Part shown: positions 12,221 to 26,604 of the stretch, in pieces
Numbering within the stretch: position 1 is the stretch's first letter
Layout: each line of letters starts with the position of its first letter
From: Eledone cirrhosa
Taxonomy: Eukaryota
Assembly: GCA_964016885.1 (NCBI GenBank)
Contig: OZ024745.1
Location: 72,664,001-72,728,000, forward strand
DNA: 64,000 bases
Direction of reading: 5' to 3'
Translations under genes and position numbers: made by a program
The notes under the pieces: generated by a model
The model's database searches: none
Told to the model about the DNA's origin: nothing
What the model saw: only the letters and a program-made list of their open reading frames with translations

Positions 12221-13831
12221 CTAGGATGGCATTGGTCGTGATGGCTAAGAACTAACTAATGAATTATATAGCACAATTTGTTTTTTATTCTAGAAGTATT
12301 TATAAAGGTACTGGATTTATTTATAACATCCAATTGTTTCTCCTCGTTTGTCGGTGGTACACTTAGCGTTCAATATCTGTGGGTATTCTTTCTAACAGCC
12401 TTAAGAAACTATATATAGGCAAGCTGGTTAGCTTCTATTCCTTGTTGTAGGAAATAGGGCGATTATATTAAATTAAAGACAATGACGTTTCCGCGCTAAT
12501 ATAACAAAGATCATTATGGCTAAGGGTTTTACAATAATATTGTAACGCAAATTACGTCAACATCTTGTTCATAATTCTACCTCCAGGTTGTTCCAAGCTG
12601 ACCATAACGGAGCAAACCTATGATCCAAAGTATTCAAGTCATGATCATGCCTTTTCATTTTTACCGGTATTGTCTACTTTCGACTACATTATCAAACGAG
12701 CTCTTTTATTAAGATGGTAGTGTGATGTTTGAAAGATATTTGGCTGATATTTCCAGCAGATCTAGTGACCACACAGTGGTTCCTGTATTCGATGATCCTA
12801 TCTCCAAGTGTTGCCTTGTAGCAAAGCTCGTTTTATACGAAATGGACAATTTAAGTAGTGAATTATTCTAACCACTTCCGCTCTGGCTTTTCCCTGGTAT
12901 CTTCGAATAAGGTCTAGAACGCTATCATAGAATATTTAAGAAAGGAGACATTTCCATGATATGTATAAGTAGAATACGAACATGTCTATCAAACCAGAGA
13001 AGAAACTAAACAGTCAGAACAAATACAGTTTGCCCAACACCTTGACAGTTTTGTCAATACACAGGATCAGTCTTTCACTTGTCATTCGCTCCAACCTCAG
13101 GTCCAGACTTCACCAGCTCGAAACTCTGGCACGTAGACTGAACATGATCGAAGTCCACCTAGCACCCATTCTGTCAAGGCAATGTTCACTTACATGGTTA
13201 TTGAGATCAGTGTAAAGAGCCAGAATAAATCCTTCAAGACATTTCGTTCAAGATATTTCGTTCAAGACAATTCGTTTGAAGCACTAACAATTCCACTAAT
13301 CAGCCGCTTTATTGAATTATGGGACTTTTAGAATACATATTGCGAGCCTCAGGCGGGAATTGTATAGGGGATCTATAATTTTGATAGAGATGGAGCAGTT
13401 TAGTATTGCATTGGCTCCCGTCAAACCTGTGTATTTCCTACATCTGTATGATCCGTATAGCTGTTCTAGTTTCTAGTTATCCTTCTTCCTCATCGTTGTC
13501 ATCAACATCATCGATGTGTTCTTCATTTATCAACATTATTATACACAATCTCTTCTTAACCATCTTAAAACTCTTTTCTCTACACGACTCCCTATATAAA
13601 TCGTAATATCTGGTCGGTCGTTTGCTTTTTCCTTTACTTTTGCCTAAAGAGAAGCTTCTGTTGGTAATGTTCAGGCTAATTCGTGATGTCAGCAGAAATA
13701 CGAAAAAAGCTGATGTTTATATTGCACTTATGACTCGTTACATGATGCATCAAATTTTCCGCTAGGCCCCAACACCCCCTTACTTTCTCTGTCTCTCTCT
13801 TTCTCTCTGTCTCTCCCTCTCTCTATCTCTG

Positions 13832-13887
<56 letters not shown>

Positions 13888-15049
13888 TCTTCTCTTTCAT
13901 ATCTTGTTTGAGAAGTAGGACTCTCAATTATCAACAAGTGTAAATTTTGACGAAGCTAAAAGTAATTGATAGCTGGAAGAAAGCTGCCATCATTTCTCAG
14001 CAGACGGTGGTCAGAAGATGACAGTAAGATGACAAGCAGACATTTTCCTCACTTATCACCACCACCACCATCATAATCATCGCTTTCAAACTTTGTTTAC
14101 TTATGTAAACGTTATTTGTTAATTCCTTATCTTTAACATTATGCTATCTCTCAGGTTTCAGTAAAAGAATTTTTAGTGACCTAAAATCTGAATTTCCCTA
14201 CCATTAAATTTAAAAAGAAGAAAAAAAACCCGCAAACATTTGCCACAACACCCTTAGAGTTCAAAAGCCTATGAAAAAGTCTATAAAGAGTAGTTCCCAT
14301 ATTATGCTCCAATTTCTTTTTAAAATACCAAGTGCTTTCCCAAACTGAACTAGAACATCTGCAAATACGTCAGTAGTTAGTAGAAAACAAGTTGGTTGTG
14401 AAATAGATCTGGTTTCAAGTTATTTGACAAAGCGACACTTTTATGAATATATATTCCCATAATCTACTAGCTTACCATAACTAGAGAGATTTGGAAAGAG
14501 AAAATGTGTGAACAAATGTTTAAAGGAAATAAATAAAAACAACATTAAGGGGCAGTAAAAAGAAAATAAAGTGTAGAAATAAATGTTGACAAAAATAATT
14601 TTTAATAAAGACACAAGTCAAAATTTTCTGTCGAAGTGAGCAGTCGATTATAACGATGCGAGTTCGTAGGTGGTATTTCATTTTAATGACCTCGAGAAAA
14701 TGAAAAACAAAGGTGATCCTCGACTGCATTTGAATCGGATTGTGATGAGCCGAAACAAGTTGTGCAGATCATTGTTTGCCGCTCGAACAATTCTGCCACT
14801 CCTTCGTCCGAGTAACTGACTGAAATGAAGTATTGATTTGTAATATGCGACGTTATACGTACAAGGACCGCTTATAGACCGAATAGGCAACTGAGGTGAA
14901 CATTCCATCGTGGACTAATACGATGCAGCATTTATCACTATGTAGAAATTATTGAAACATCCAAACTTATTTTTTCATGACAAGACGGGTGGATCCATAC
15001 TATCACATTTAGGGCAGTATAATGGAACCATTTGTTGCTTTGAAGCAGA

Positions 15050-15565
15050 GATACGAACTCCTCAACTGCGGGCAAAAGTTTTGAGGAATATCGCCTAGAA
15101 CCTAAACAACTGAAGCGTCAGCTCCGGAAGGGCTGTGCTCATAGTCTTGATGAAGTCAACTATAGTTGGACATGCAAATTCTGTCAGCATGTACTCCTCT
15201 CAAAGGCTGGTTATGTTAATCACCTGAAATCACATGAAAGGATAACCACCTGCAACATCACTCAACAAAGATCTGGCGAAACAACGTGCGTGATATGCAA
15301 CAAAGAGTGTAGAACTAGTTCCGGACAAAAAAAGCACATGGTGGTACATGAAGATTGTGTCCCACAGGGTGACACCACCGGTCCCGTGGAAAGCACAACC
15401 CTTTTCTGTCACCTGCGTCGTAAACCATGCAGATCATGACAAAGTCATCTAAGAAGTCATGGACGCAGATGGGATGATAACGAAGAATCAATAAGAGACT
15501 GCAATCGTCTGTAAAGACGTTGCAATCCTCATGTATGTATGTATGTATGTATGTATGTATGTATG
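15050..15565 (+). mobile_element. 3' end of an RTE-like LINE with degenerate C2H2 zinc fingers and (ATGT)n tail
   Basis: Frameshifted translation gives FEEYRLEPKQLKRQLRKGC, WTCKFCQHVLLSKAGYVNHLKSH, TTCVICNKECRTSSGQKKHMVVH and KSHLRSHGR. It ends in a tandem (ATGT)n tail. Confidence 0.65.
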
Positions 15566-15801
15566 TTTTCTCTTTCTCTTAATTTCGAGTATATTTTTGA
15601 CCGGCCACCTTCCTGGTGGCAAGGTTGTAAAAGAAAAGAAATTGTCATCCCTTGAATCGCAAGAATGTTTTGCAAATTTTGAAGGTGCCAGCTATCGCAG
15701 CCATTTGTAGACTATGAATTAGGGAGCTGCGCTTTTTGTTCGCAAATCCAAGTTCGGTCATACTTTGGTCCAAGCGGGTTGGTATATAACCCGTAGCACC
15801 A

Positions 15802-15854
15802 ATGTATGTATGTATGTATGTATGTATGTATGTATGTATGTATGTATGTATGTA

Positions 15855-15896
<42 letters not shown>

Positions 15897-15900
15897 TATG
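15802..15900. repeat. (ATGT)n-(GT)n microsatellite
   Basis: Direct inspection. Confidence 0.95.
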
Positions 15901-18198
15901 TAATTACTGAAAGTAATTGTATGAAACTACGAATAAATAGCTACAGAAGAAAGAGTTCACACTTTTGTATGTTTATGTGTCTATCTGTGAGTGTGTGTGT
16001 GTGTGTTTGTGTGTCTTTTAATGTTTATATATTTATATGTATTGTTTTGTATTTATATCTGTATTAGAAGTGTTTACGTCTGAAATCATAACGCCTTTTA
16101 GTAGTGATTATCCTTATCTGACATGTGAATCAGTGGTCATGCAACAGACGGAGATATAATTGTTCACAGACTGTAAACAACATTATGTGAGCGTGTGTAT
16201 GTGTGCTGGGGGATTGCCTTTCATTATGTATCTTGTATAGTCTTAATTTGTTTTATCTTACTCTCCGCCTTATCGGAAAGCAAATGTGACAAAGAATTGT
16301 GTATAATCATGTTTGTTATGTACAATTTTTGTTGGCCAGGATTCAGAGCTACTTAGTGCTGATCAATAACCATTTATTCCCAGTGAACTCTGGCTAAAAT
16401 ATTTGTCAGTTTAGATCTTTGTTGAGATAAGTAGTAAGAATTATGATTTCAATTGCGTAGAAATGCGCTCTAAACTTAATCAGAATTGATCGAATTTTGC
16501 TGTTGTTCTTTATTTTTCTTTCCCTCTTTCGTGTTTTCTTTCTCTCACTTTCTTTATTAATCTATCTGTTTACCTGTCTAGCCTTGTGTGTGTGGGAGGG
16601 GGGTGGCAGAATCATAATGATATCGGTCAAAATGTTTTCAGTGTTTCTTCTCATTCGTTACGTTCTGGGGTCAACTTTGCCTTTCACTCTTCATAAATCG
16701 ATACCAGTCAAGTACGGAGTGTAGTTACATGGACTTTCTCTCCACCGACTCTAAATTGCTAGCCTGTGTCTAAATTAGAAAGCATCGTTTCTATCACTTA
16801 ACCTGTGCATCTGTGTTGTTTTGTGTGTTAGTTAGTTTTAATAAATCAAAGCATCCAACCATTCTAGAAATATGATTTCTTTAATCACATATTTCATCAT
16901 AAATATACATTTTAACAATCAAAATTGTGTGTGTGTGTTTACGTCCACCAAATTCCCCTACCAAGTTGTTCGATTGTCATAGGACAGAGTAGATGAAATT
17001 TTACCAAGATGCCGTGTGGTGAGATAGAACCCGAAACCGCATAGCTGCAAAGCAAACTTCTGTACCTTAAAGTCATTCCATCGACAACTTAACTAAATTT
17101 CGTAGCAAACCCCAGTATCAAAGTGTTCTCCAATGATATGAATAACTCTTGTAAAAATGAAAGATGTGAGTGACCGAGTCAGTTGAGCGTCAGACAAAAT
17201 GGCTTGCAGTTATCAGGTTCGATGCCTTTAACTCAACTTAACGTCCAACCCAGGTCTTAAACTATAAGTGGTTGTATATTCCACAGATACGTGTACTATT
17301 ATGGTAATTTCCAAGCCTATTCGGCGTGATATAATATGTAACAAGGTTAGACATTTAAATTACAGATACAATCTATCCAACGGATTTCCACACAGTTTTC
17401 GTCTGCTCTATTTCACTCACAGTCAACCCGTGGTTATAGTAAATACACTTGCACAAGATACCATGCATAAGGATCTAACCCGAGACCTCAAAATTGCGAA
17501 GCGAACATCTTAACCACTCAGCCATGCCTACATCCACTTTGGTAAAATAAGTACCAGTTAAATAGATCATTCTCTTTCTTAAATTATATAACCTTATACC
17601 TGTTTGGGAAGAAAAGAGAAGGATCTTAACCGCTGAAGTCGAAACGGAGCCGTCATTACATACGGAGTGTCTTGGGCATTTAAAACCTGGTGAATCCCAT
17701 CCCTCTTCAGGTCTATACAGATGACTTTCTTACAGAGGGAGAGAGGGATGAAAGAATAATTGATCCCAATACTAAACTGGTACTTTATTTATCGACCACT
17801 AAAGACGGAAAGGCAAAGTGAGCTCGACAGGATTTTATCTCCGTGCAGTGAATCCGATCAAATGCCGAAACATGTAATCCGACGCCTTAACAGCTTTGTC
17901 AATTCACCGTTTGTGTAACCCTTTGGATAATCAATAAATTTCTTATAAAAATTCCTCTTATTTCTGATAAGGCGAAAGTAAATTCAAACAGGAAGCTGTA
18001 ATTAGTGCCAATGTTTTTACGGTTTAAATAAAATATGTTTAAATATTTGTAGATGTTACAGGTTACTTACAAAACTACCATAAATGTGTTTGGCAGTAAT
18101 CTCTTAAAGAAATTTATGAAGGAGAGAGAATAGAGAGTACTTTAGGAATGAAGAAAATATTACGAGAAAGAGGAGGAAAACATAACAATGTACACACA

Positions 18199-18254
<56 letters not shown>

Positions 18255-18295
18255 CATATATATGTGTATATATATGTGTGTGTGTGTGTGTGTAT

Positions 18296-18546
18296 CCAGG
18301 GAGTGTAACGCAGAGTTACTGTAGGTTCACCCGGGTGAGCACTCGATGTTTAGGTTTACGTCAGTATCGAGGTGTAGAGCTAGACAGTGTGATATAATAA
18401 TAACTACTGCCATTACTACTACAGAGGTTCGACGAGCTTTTGATTCCAGAGTCGGGCTAGATCGATTCAAGCTTGAGCTGATCAGTAGCGAAAAGCGCGT
18501 CAGCAACCAATAAACGTAATGAAGGAGTAACCATTCGTCCTTGTAT
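18296..18546. mobile_element. Short repeat element with a degenerate hammerhead; distal half inverted relative to the copy at 31221-31445
   Basis: 18296-18395 matches 31221-31315 in direct orientation. 18426-18546 matches 31318-31441 as a reverse complement. Motif: ggt-TCGACGA-gct...agc-GAAA-agcgcg-TC-agc. Confidence 0.7.
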
Positions 18547-18641
18547 TATTATTATTATAAATAAAGTACCAGTAATACACTGTGTAATTGCTGGCCTTGT
18601 GCCTAACGTAGAAACAATTATTATTATTATAAATAAAGAAA

Positions 18642-18759
<118 letters not shown>

Positions 18760-19741
18760 GACGGGGAGAAAGAGAAAGAAAGTGTGAGTATTAAATACAT
18801 GTATGCAACTTTAAAGATCTTGCTCAATAATCTGTTTCATATATGTAGTCTAACAGAATCAAGAAAACGACCCAATATACTTATATTAATTACTGAGATA
18901 TGGGCGGGATTCTGGGAACCAGTTAATCTTAGGGAATTGACTACGACGTTTGTCACCCGCGAATGGATGATAAATATTCAATTACTCGAAGTATAAGCAT
19001 ATTCTCGCTAACAAAGCCATGGGCTACGGGGTGTTGATATTTGACTTAAGTTTCACTTAATTCGAAAGTACGTCAATCCTAGCTGCATATATCCTAGGTC
19101 TGATTCTTTTTTCAAAATGTAAAGCTAGATTCCAACTTTAACGATGTTTTGCTAAAGTGCCTAATAAAGTAAGTTTAGAGTACAGAACTGAATATTCTAT
19201 TACTTTTGACTCATCTTTTTCTATTTCCAAGTGTCTAATAAATTTTTGAGGTTTTCTGTACATTTAACATCTCTAATTTATAGATAAACAAATCACAGAA
19301 AACCGATCTACACTGGTTTTAGACTTTATCAAATGACTAAATTCTTATACTAGAAATTATTTTTAAAACTTGAATTTCTTAAACATTTTGAGAAGTAGTT
19401 ATATAATTTGTGGTACTAAATACAAAATTAAAATTATCGTCGTTTGTATGTCTTAGAAAAACTTTGAAATGTGCCCTTATTCACGAATTATGAACTAATT
19501 CAATTTTGCAGTAAACAAAGCAACAGATTCAGACGTAATAAATCAATTAATCGAAAAGCGGATTGTTGTTTATTAGGAATGTCTTATGGCGTATATTGTT
19601 TACGGTTTATATAGTTTCCTAGTTCTTCAAGTCTAACTGATATTTTTCTGTTAAATATAACCACCAGCATATTTTGTAAAATGATTTAACCACAGTCAGG
19701 AATGAGAAAATAATAACGTAGCCATGGTGGTAATAGTGAAA

Positions 19742-19878
19742 GGCGGTGGATTAGCAGTATCGGTAGAGCGTTGGACACCCTGCTTCGTGGCATAGAGTTA
19801 CGTCCCTTTACCTTCCGGGGTTAGCTTTGCCTTTCATCCTTACGGGGTCGATAAAATAACGTATCAGTAATGCACTGA
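19742..19878 (+). mobile_element. SINE family A, internally deleted
   Basis: ggcggtggattagcagtatcggtagagc...gcctttcatccttacggggtcgataaaata. Confidence 0.8.
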
Positions 19879-20379
19879 TATTAATGTGTTTTATTTACGT
19901 TGACATGATATATAATTCGATTTCACTTTAAAAATTTGAAATTACCACTGGCCATGATTGGCACCATTTTATTTTTAGTTCATACATTGTTTTTGTAATC
20001 TTTAACCGAAAATCAAATTATATATGAATAGGAAAGTTCAGTGTTTGTAATGTTGCACAAACTTATGTGAAATTAGAAGAAAAGTCTACATAACATTTAG
20101 CCAAACCACCTATTCTAAAAGTTAGAAGACCTGTTTCAAAACGCTCCATCTACAGATTCGTTTGTTTAACTTTATATAAATGTTTTCAAATTTCTGTTCA
20201 AGGAGCATCTCTTGAACAATAATTCTTTCTTCAACACTAAATATCTCCTAGAATAAGCGACGAACCAACACGAAATAGATGCCTGATTTTCCTCAAATCA
20301 TACTTAACTATCATAAAAAAAGGAGATAAATTAAATAAAGTAGTTTTAGATACCTGTATTGGTTACGATTAGGCCCCTC

Positions 20380-20750
20380 TGTCTGCTACTGTTACCATGT
20401 AACCGATTACAACCTATTTCATAGTCAAATGGTCAGCGACTAAACCGGCTTCCCCACCAGGCCCTAATCTGATGAGGAGAGTAAGTAGAACCTAGCAGCA
20501 CAAAAGATAAGAACTGTTAAAAGGATGAACGAACTCCTCAGAGTCAACGGCCATCAGCCTCAACTATGGGTTAAGTAGCCTCACCAACCCGCGTGGTGAC
20601 GAAATGACCAAAACCAAACAGAAAGCGATGGAGGTCGACCAGGAATGGATTCCTCCAACAGAAGTGAGAAGACCCTGGATTAGATTGTAGCAATCCTGAC
20701 ATGCCTGAGGCAGTACAAGAAGAACGCCCGGATATGTCATGAACTGAATT
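20380..20750 (+). mobile_element. Probable 5' UTR fragment of an RTE-like LINE with a degenerate HDV-like ribozyme
   Basis: Shares tgctact..., ...ctaaaccggc and ccacca blocks with 48550-48690. Confidence 0.45.
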
Positions 20751-20799
20751 AGAGCACTTCAAGTCAAATTGGTTTTCACAATTTGCGATTCCTATTAAT

Positions 20800-20970
20800 T
20801 AATTGTTTCTACTTTTGGCACAACGCCAGCAATTACCCCAGTGCATTACTGGTACTTTATTTTATCGATCCCGTAAGGATGAAAGGCAAAGTTAACCTCG
20901 GTGGGATTTGAACTCAGACCGAAAAGGGCCATAACTCTATGCTGCAAAGCATGGCCTCCGACCCTGATAC
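20800..20970 (-). mobile_element. SINE family A
   Basis: Reverse complement of the family consensus. Confidence 0.85.
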
Positions 20971-21847
20971 TGATTAAATAATAAGACATATGTCTAATTA
21001 TTAATATAATAAAATAAATTGGTAATTCAAGTTAATAGAATGAACTGAACGTTTTAAATAACATTTAATGTGTCATTTAAGTAACATATAAAACACTTTC
21101 GTTAATTTAATACTTAATTCTCCATCATTCTATGTAGCATTACGTTGAAAGACATGTGAGAATTCTATTTTATTTTTATGCATTTATTCGTGTTTATATT
21201 TGTTTCTCCTTGTATAATTCGCACTCGGTATTTGAATTATTCGAAATGTCTGTTCCTCATTTAATCTAAAGTGTCTAAATATATTAAATGCTAATGGTAA
21301 ATATATCAGGAGATGGGAAAACAAGCTCTCTCTTGTCGGAACAGTATTATGTGTAAACACGTGGTTAAAGAATGAGAATAATAAACAAAGAATTTAAAAG
21401 TACACAACAATGCTATGAACAAACTAATTAAACGGCGGGGAATGAATGATAGATTATTATTCCGATATGATACTTAATTGGTGTATGATAATTTCTAAAA
21501 TAAAAGATTTACCGTGCGTGTTTGTGGGTTTGGAGTACCCATTTGGTTCAGTAAACCCATTACAACAATTAGACAATTCACATGACCTTAGAACTGATGG
21601 CAATTAATAATATGTAGCCGGCGGATTTCAAAGACAATTCTATATACAAATTACTAAATAATAATCTATAAAATTTGAGTTGTATGAGGAGATAATTTAG
21701 TTATTATCAATCTTTTAACAATTTGCTAAGAGATCAATAATATTCGACATTGCGCTACATGTTAAAAGAGTGTCTTTTTAAAAGAATATTTTCCTCTACA
21801 TGTAGATATTTCTCACTATAACAATGATATATAATATTGTTGAACAG

Positions 21848-22135
21848 CCTTCTTCTTCTTCTTTTCCTTCTTCTTGAGAGGGTCGTGGAGGGAGAGTCCT
21901 CAAACATTCTTTCCAGCGGGTCCTGTCAGAAGCAACCGTCTCCAACTGATCCCGCTGGATCCCCAAGTATGACCAGTCAAGCTCATGGATGTTATCCAAC
22001 TATATTGCTCGGGGTCTACCACTGGGTCTCCTGTCGTCGGTTGGTTTTGCTCGTAAAATCTATCCAGTAAATCTTTCCTGAGATATTCTAACCCCATACC
22101 TGTAGTATTGGAGCTGTGATCCCTTAATTCGGCCA
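21848..22135 (-). mobile_element. RTE-clade LINE 3' end with (GAA)n tail
   Basis: Translation includes RPSGRPRAI, LDNIHELDWSYLGIQRDQLETVASDRTRWKECLR. Homologous to 25640-25966. Confidence 0.75.
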
Positions 22136-22937
22136 GTAAATGTACTCATTTTACTGAAAGATGATAACAAAATGAAATAATGTTCTTGGACATAAAGATA
22201 AAAATTAATGCATCCACTCATCTATTTAATGATGGATACTTGTCTTTTAATAGCATAAACCATGGAGAGTGACGCGATAAAATGATGGTTTGGCAGTATC
22301 GGTAGAGCGTCTTACAAAATGATTTGCAGCATTTAGTTATGGCTTTCTACGTTCTGAGATCAAATCCAGCCGTGGACAATTTTACCTTTCATCTTTCCCG
22401 AATCAATAAAATAAAGTAACTAGTAAGTGTTGTTGATATAATCAACTTTTCACTGTCTCTAAATTGCTGGCCTTGTGGCAATATTATATAGAGAATTATC
22501 GAATAAAAGATTTTCTTTTATGATACTAATCGAATGATGAATTGTTTATTACTTCATGCCAAAACATAGACCCTTTTGCCCGTAAAGTTTGGCTGTAGTA
22601 CATTGCAAAAAGCCTCTTTTACTTAAATAAATATATTTTTAAATGAGATTTCTTTGAAATAAAAACATGTTTTTAAATATATCATTTATTTTCTTTTTTT
22701 ACTTATGTGGTAGTGTTTCTGAACGAAGAGGGACATGCTTAGAGTACAGTTACAGTTCTGTATATTTCTTGATCAATACACAATATTTACTGTGGACAAT
22801 ATAGTTATTTGTAAATATTACTTTCAGATTAAAAAAAAAGATCCTTACTTTTCAGGGTGGGATTAAAGTATATAAATTTGTTTCTCTTGTTTTGATTAAT
22901 CTTTTGTATTCATTTGCGAACATGGGAGAATATCGTT

Positions 22938-23118
22938 TAATAATTGTTTCTACTTTTGGCACAAGGCCAGCAATTACCCAGTACATTACTGGTACTTTAT
23001 TTTATCGCCCCCATAAGGATGAAAGGCAAAGTTAACCTCGACGGGATTTGAACTCAGACCGTAAAGGGACGTAACTATGTTAGAAAGCATGGCGTCAAAC
23101 CCTCTACTGAAACTGCCA
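22938..23118 (-). mobile_element. SINE family A
   Basis: Reverse complement of the family consensus. Confidence 0.85.
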
Positions 23119-24558
23119 AAATGTCTTTAAAAATAGAAAGTTCTGATTCAGCTATATTTCAAATATCAATTACAATAAACAAATTATTTTCTTATGTTTT
23201 GTGAAAAAATATAGTTAACCTTGTAAATCTCTATTGTATTTCAAAACATCATCTGTGAGGGGTTTTTTCGCATGTGTGTATACGTAAGCTTATGCATGTA
23301 TGTATGTGTGCAAGTGTGTGAATCTGTGTATGCGTGTGAGTATTGCCTGGGGATTTAATATAATTTTAAATTTTGCAAACAACTGATAAAACAAAACAAA
23401 AAATGCTAAAAATTGCATATCAACATTTAAATGTTTATATATGTTCATGCACATGTGAATGGTTGACTGCATGGTAAATCTTGAATACATCCAATTTAAA
23501 GCCAACTCTTACAAATATTTTCACATTTCTTTCCATTAAAATAAATGTCTAAACATGTATTCAATTTTAGACGCCGCTGGTATAGCCTAGTGCTTCATAT
23601 TTATTTCAAGATGTTTAAGTCACAAGTAGATATAATAAGGTAAACATAAATACAGGACTATATTTTCTGAAATATTAAATGTTGGTTATGTAGTGGGAAA
23701 ACAACACTGACAGTGTATCAACTTTCATGTTAATGAATTATTCATGCATGAGATATTTGTGTTTCTCGAAAACATTTCTTTCCGTTCTTTCTTCTTCGCA
23801 CTGTTTATCTTTCCATTTCATCTCTTATTTCTCATTCTATCATCTAGTGAAGGACTAGTATCCGAAACGCAAAAACTATTTTCCTGTGCTCCACAGTACA
23901 CACCTCGACTCGCTTAACAATGAGCTATTTCTTTGCAAGAAGTGCTCAATGAATAATATAAAATTAATTAGAACTGTGACAATAGTTTCTATGTGAAGAG
24001 AGTAGAACGTGATCGAAGAAACTTGATTATATCATACATGGCATGTATTGCTCTAATCTAGGACATACATTTATATTTTAATGCTTGGCAATACAACTCA
24101 TTAGACCAGATGAAACGAGACCAAATTTTAGGGATACAGTTGTGTCCGGGTCACTGTGGGTTTATATAAACCGAACGGATATTAAGGGATTTAATGGGGG
24201 TGGGGGTGGATCTAGATTGTGTCTTACAAAAAACCTCGACTAGATAAAATAAAAATTTCAAACAGATCCAGAAAATAGATATTATTTACTCACATACACA
24301 GAGAAACACATAGGCACAGACACACAGACACAGCAATAGACAGGGACACGCACACAGACACACACACAGACAAAGACACACACACACATACATGTATTAT
24401 CTGTATATTAGCTATTAAGATCTTAACTGCATATTGTATAAGACGTTTACTGATATCAACTTAGGACAGACAAAACGAAAACTGAATTTCTCAGAAAGTG
24501 ATAGATTCTAGGTATCCTACAAGAGCCTCTTTCATGTTTTTTTTTGGTCTTAAAACGT

Positions 24559-24601
<43 letters not shown>

Positions 24602-25639
24602 TCTGACATTTTCCTTAACTCTGCTATTATGTGCAATGAAAATAACAGCCCCTCTCGCTAAACACATCTTATCCTCTATTATATACAGCTTTACTATCAC
24701 AGGCATTATATTCAAATTTTTACTGCATAGAAAACACATTTTTGTGATCATTTAGATACTTTGGGTGGCTACAGATATGAATTACAAACGCACTGCAGGC
24801 GTTCAGGTCAAGAAACTTTATTTTACGTGACTGCATTCTTTAATTAAGTGGAAAATGTCCCAGATCTTATGCAAATGTAATTCATGATATACATGTGTGT
24901 TATTCATGACAACATTTATCTCTAATTCGTTCAACGTTAATTAGTGAACCTATGAACCCAATTTAAAGGGTATGAGGGTATGTCTTCGTATCTGCAGTGA
25001 TCTTCCCTTAACGTTAAATTTTCTCAGCATTGTTAACATCATATGTATGAGGCGTTCAGTACATTCTGCTTAAGCTATGATTCATCCAAATGTTGGTTAT
25101 TTTTTTATCTGATTTGATCGTTTTCAGATAAATCCCTTTTAGAAAGCTTTAGTTCAATTAACCTTATTATATTTTCTACTGATGAAATTACCGATCTTGC
25201 TTTTCAAAACATGTTAGTCGTTCTCATTCCGGGCTCAACTATTTGCATCTGTCTCTCTCTTTCTTGTTACTCATACGCTGTCGCTCTTCTAAAATCTCAA
25301 ACTTCACTAGTATAACATAGGTATCGTATTCCCAAGTACATTATCTATCAAATTCAAGTTTTTTTCGTATGTTTTCGTACTGAAAAATATTTGAAACTTT
25401 TCCTACTTCAGAATAACTACACATGTGCAACTTGTCTCCTCACGTAGTATTTCAAAACTTTAATTGTAAGTTGCCACATAAAATGAACTTTAAGATAATT
25501 TGGCCTCAATTCCTAGCAAAGATAAGGTCGAATTTTTATTGAGCTCTACATAAACAACCTAAAATAATTTAAGGCTGCGCCCACACACACACTACTCTTT
25601 TACTATAGACAATCGGTTGCGCTCTTTCTCTGTTGAGTA

Positions 25640-25966
25640 GGATCACAGCTCCGATATTGTGGTCATATAGTTAGAATGCCTCAGGTAAAAATAGCAGAAC
25701 AGATTTTATGGGCAAAACAAACCGACAGGAGACTCAGGTGTAGACCACGAGCAAGATGGCTGCATCATAACATCCCTGGGCTTGGCTGGTCTCGCTTGGA
25801 GATCCAGCTGCATCAATTGGAAACAGTTGCTTCTAAGAGGACCCGCTTGAAGGTGTGTTTGAGATCTCTGCCCCTCCTCCTTCCTAGGAATAAGTGAGCG
25901 AAGAAGAAGAAGAAGAAGAAGAAGAAGAAGAAGAAGAAGAAGAAGAAGAAGAAGAAGAAGAAGAAG
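25640..25966 (+). mobile_element. RTE-clade LINE 3' end with (GAA)n tail
   Basis: SQLRYCGHIVRMPQ...RCRPRARW...QLETVASKRTRLKVCLR matches the LRWxGH/GRP motifs of RTE C-termini. (GAA)n runs 25900-25966. Confidence 0.8.
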
Positions 25967-26604
25967 ACTTTCAATAAGTCTTTGTGATCGCGAAATAAGC
26001 CCCAGTTGATGAGAGGTTTTAGAAGGGATGCTGAATAATTAGACACTTCCTTTAGTTCATAATATCACAAGGATTTATATATATCAATATTAAATAAAAT
26101 GTTTATATATTATAATGTAATATATACGTTTAATATAGTATGGTTTAAATATAGTTTTTAATGTATATTTTTATCATTTTAGATGACAACAAATAATTAT
26201 TCATGAATGACAAAAGAATAAGGTGGAGAACTGGAGAGGGGGAAAGCTTCACATTTATGATTGGCCGGCATATCTTATTTGCACACCGCAGACGAGATGA
26301 CGAAAGCGTTGCCACAGGAAAATGCCAGCAATGCTCATTGTATCTGTGATACGACATTGTGGAAGCTTCTACCTAAAGCGAGATGCCCTCATCCCAATTT
26401 GATGGAGAAGCATGTGATCGAGGACACCAGAGGTCTCAATAGGGAACAATGAAAAAAGGATTTGGTCAGTTAATGCCTGGTATTTGTATCGCTAATATAC
26501 TGACATCGGTTTAAAGAATATATATTTTCCAATCTGACAACAAAGATGAAAAACAGTGTGAAATATGATCCTTCTTAAAAGAAAAACAAAAATAATTTAT
26601 TATT

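Noticed and set aside
20468-20480. CTGATGA as a hammerhead core
   Set aside because: No suitably placed GAAA with supporting helices was found.
23840-23875. ctagtgaagga..tccgaaacg hammerhead-like remnant
   Set aside because: The core is scrambled and no cleavage triplet or helix I is evident.
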